Positions 27,906-29,605 of a DNA stretch of 29,605 bases are shown here, one piece after another. Within the stretch, counting starts at the first letter, position 1. Each line of letters opens with the position of its first letter. Under the pieces are notes generated by a model that ran no database searches, was not told the DNA's origin, and was given only the letters and a program-made list of their open reading frames with translations. The stretch comes from a virus. Lineage: Duplodnaviria > Caudoviricetes. The DNA lies in IMG/VR virus record IMGVR_UViG_3300017913_000053, positions 1 through 29,605 of that record. One strand, written 5' to 3'. Both the position numbers and the translations under genes were made by a program.

Positions 27906-29198
27906 ATGGCACCTCGTTCATATAAAGACTATACTGGGGATGGTAGTACTACTACCTTCTCCATTACATTTGATTATCAGAAGGAAGCTGAAATAAGTGT
28001 AACCGTGGATGGTACTGCCGAATCTGGTATTACCTTTCCTTCTTCAACTCAAGTACAACTTACTAGCGCACCTGCATCTGGTGCGTTGGTACGTATCAGA
28101 CGTACAACAGACCTATCGGCTCGTGAAGTAGACTTTGCCTCTGGCTCAGTGTTGACTGAAGAAGACTTGGATAACTCAAACATTCAGGTCTTCCATGCCG
28201 CACAGGAAGCCATTGATACAGCTAACGACTCTATCTCACTAGATGATGATGATAAATGGGATGCTAACTCAAAGGTTATCAAGAATGTAGCTACACCTGT
28301 AAATGGTACAGATGCGGCTAACAAAACCTACATTGACACGCAGACTACATCTGCCGCTACGTCAGCCACCAATGCGGCTAACAGCGCAACTGCGGCCGCC
28401 ACTAGTGCTACTAATGCGGCAACCAGTGAAACTAATGCCTCTACTAGTGAAACTAATGCGGCAACCAGTGAAACTAATGCGGCAACTTCTGAATCAAATG
28501 CTTCAGCAAGTGCTACTAGTGCGTCAACAAGTGCGGCTACAGCTACAACACAGGCTACAAATGCCAGCACATCTGCAACCAATGCGGCAACCTCTGAGTC
28601 TAATGCCTCAACTTCTGAAACTAATGCCGCTACCAGCGCAACTAATGCGTCTAATAGCGAAACACTAGCAGAAGAATGGGCTGAGAAAACTAACGGTATT
28701 GTAGATAGCACAGGCTACTCATCTAAAGCATGGGCTACAGGTGGTACAGGTGTTACAAATCAATCAGGTGCAGGTGCGGCAGAAGAGTGGGCTACTAAGA
28801 CTACAGGACAAGTAGATGGTACTGAGTATTCTGCTAAAGAGTACGCCATTGGCTCACAGTCTGGTCAAACATCAGGCTCTGCAAAGCAGTGGGCTATTGG
28901 TGGCGGTGCATCTTACAGCACTAACACTACAGTAGATGGTACAAACTACTCAGCTAAGTACTGGGCAGAACAGGCGGCGGCTAGTGCAGACTCCGTGGAT
29001 GATACGTATCTTGGCGCAAAGTCATCAGCCCCTACGTTGGACAACGATGGTAATGCCTTGCAAACTGGTGCGTTGTATTTTAATAACTCTTCAAATGACT
29101 TGTTTGTTTGGAACGGAACTTCATGGCAGGTGACTGCTGTAACAGCCTCTGGCTTTGCTACTGCTGGTTTTTCAATCGCTATGTCAATCGCTCTATAA
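27906..29198 (+). CDS. tail fibre protein (gp17-like N-terminal anchor)
   Basis: YTGDGSTT.F.I.F.Y, IRR.T, DF..GS.L.E.DL, AAQEA.D; followed by Ser/Ala/Thr heptad repeats. Confidence 0.9.
   Translation: MAPRSYKDYTGDGSTTTFSITFDYQKEAEISVTVDGTAESGITFPSSTQVQLTSAPASGALVRIRRTTDLSAREVDFASGSVLTEEDLDNSNIQVFHAAQEAIDTANDSISLDDDDKWDANSKVIKNVATPVNGTDAANKTYIDTQTTSAATSATNAANSATAAATSATNAATSETNASTSETNAATSETNAATSESNASASATSASTSAATATTQATNASTSATNAATSESNASTSETNAATSATNASNSETLAEEWAEKTNGIVDSTGYSSKAWATGGTGVTNQSGAGAAEEWATKTTGQVDGTEYSAKEYAIGSQSGQTSGSAKQWAIGGGASYSTNTTVDGTNYSAKYWAEQAAASADSVDDTYLGAKSSAPTLDNDGNALQTGALYFNNSSNDLFVWNGTSWQVTAVTASGFATAGFSIAMSIAL
28410..28493 (+). repeat. four 21-bp tandem repeats encoding TNA(A/S)TSE heptads
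   Basis: actaatgcggcaaccagtgaa is exact at 28410 and 28452, with variants at 28431 and 28473; degenerate copies continue to about 28660. Confidence 0.9.
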
Positions 29199-29207
29199 GG
29201 ATATATT

Positions 29208-29543
29208 ATGGCACAGAATTTTAGACGTTATACCCTAAACTCTGTCGGCACGTCAGCCGCAGATATTCCTGATGGGGCTAACTTTGATAGCTACGATACG
29301 ATTGTAGGTATCCACATGACTAACACAACAAGCAATGCTATCAACGTAGACTGCTACATCAACGATGGTACTAACAACATCTACTTGGTAAAGGGTGCGC
29401 CTATTGCCGCAGGTGGTGCGTTGCAGGTACTTGATGGTGGAGCAAAGGTAGTAGTCCAATCAGGTGACAGGCTCTGGATTAAATCAGATACAGCAAGCTC
29501 ACTGGACTGCTGGGTATCAGCCGTTGATGCAATCAGTACATAA
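29208..29543 (+). CDS. small beta-rich tail-associated protein
   Basis: AAGGA SD; GGAKVV.QSGD.L...SDTASSLD..VS; follows the fibre gene. Confidence 0.75.
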   Translation: MAQNFRRYTLNSVGTSAADIPDGANFDSYDTIVGIHMTNTTSNAINVDCYINDGTNNIYLVKGAPIAAGGALQVLDGGAKVVVQSGDRLWIKSDTASSLDCWVSAVDAIST

Positions 29544-29553
29544 GGAGTAGACT

Positions 29554-29605
29554 ATGGGATATGTAGGTAATCAAACTACAAACGCCTACACCAGTATCAC
29601 TAAGC
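29554..29605 (+). CDS. 5' end of the next tail-associated protein (truncated)
   Basis: TAAGGAG SD, MGYVGNQTTNAYTSITK running off the window. Confidence 0.65.
   Translation, partial: MGYVGNQTTNAYTSITK

Noticed and set aside
1265-29459. Numerous minus-strand and alternate-frame ORFs in the track (e.g. 5177-5617, 19960-20385, 28303-28668, 28328-28711)
   Set aside because: All lie within well-supported plus-strand genes, lack motifs, and are explained by codon bias or repeats.
1-29605. Integrase, tRNA, CRISPR array, intein
   Set aside because: None recognisable; polymerase, helicase and RNR lengths leave no room for inteins. Lifestyle cannot be settled from this window.

Overview
A 29.6-kb, entirely plus-strand segment of a T7-like podophage (Autographiviridae architecture), probably marine judging by its ThyX, MazG and class II RNR cassette and its tail-module style. 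Gene order: small early genes, RNA polymerase, ssDNA-binding protein, endonuclease I, primase-helicase, DNA polymerase A, GIY-YIG-like endonuclease, exonuclease, nucleotide-metabolism genes, portal, scaffold, major capsid, four very basic small ORFs, tail tubes A/B, internal virion proteins and tail fibre. Terminase and lysis genes are not in the window. The transcription system is the most unusual part. The T7-type RNA polymerase is split into two overlapping genes (271 + 551 aa). A 25-bp putative phage promoter occurs three times: forward right after the RNAP stop, forward ahead of the structural genes, and as a perfect reverse copy inside the first codons of the RNAP gene, so the split polymerase is bracketed by a perfect inverted repeat. 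Other notable signals are a stand-alone copy of the primase zinc finger, an RMF-like early ORF missed by the ORF track, a highly structured capsid leader, and apparent GCWGC/GATC avoidance. All calls come from motif recognition by eye; no searches were run.
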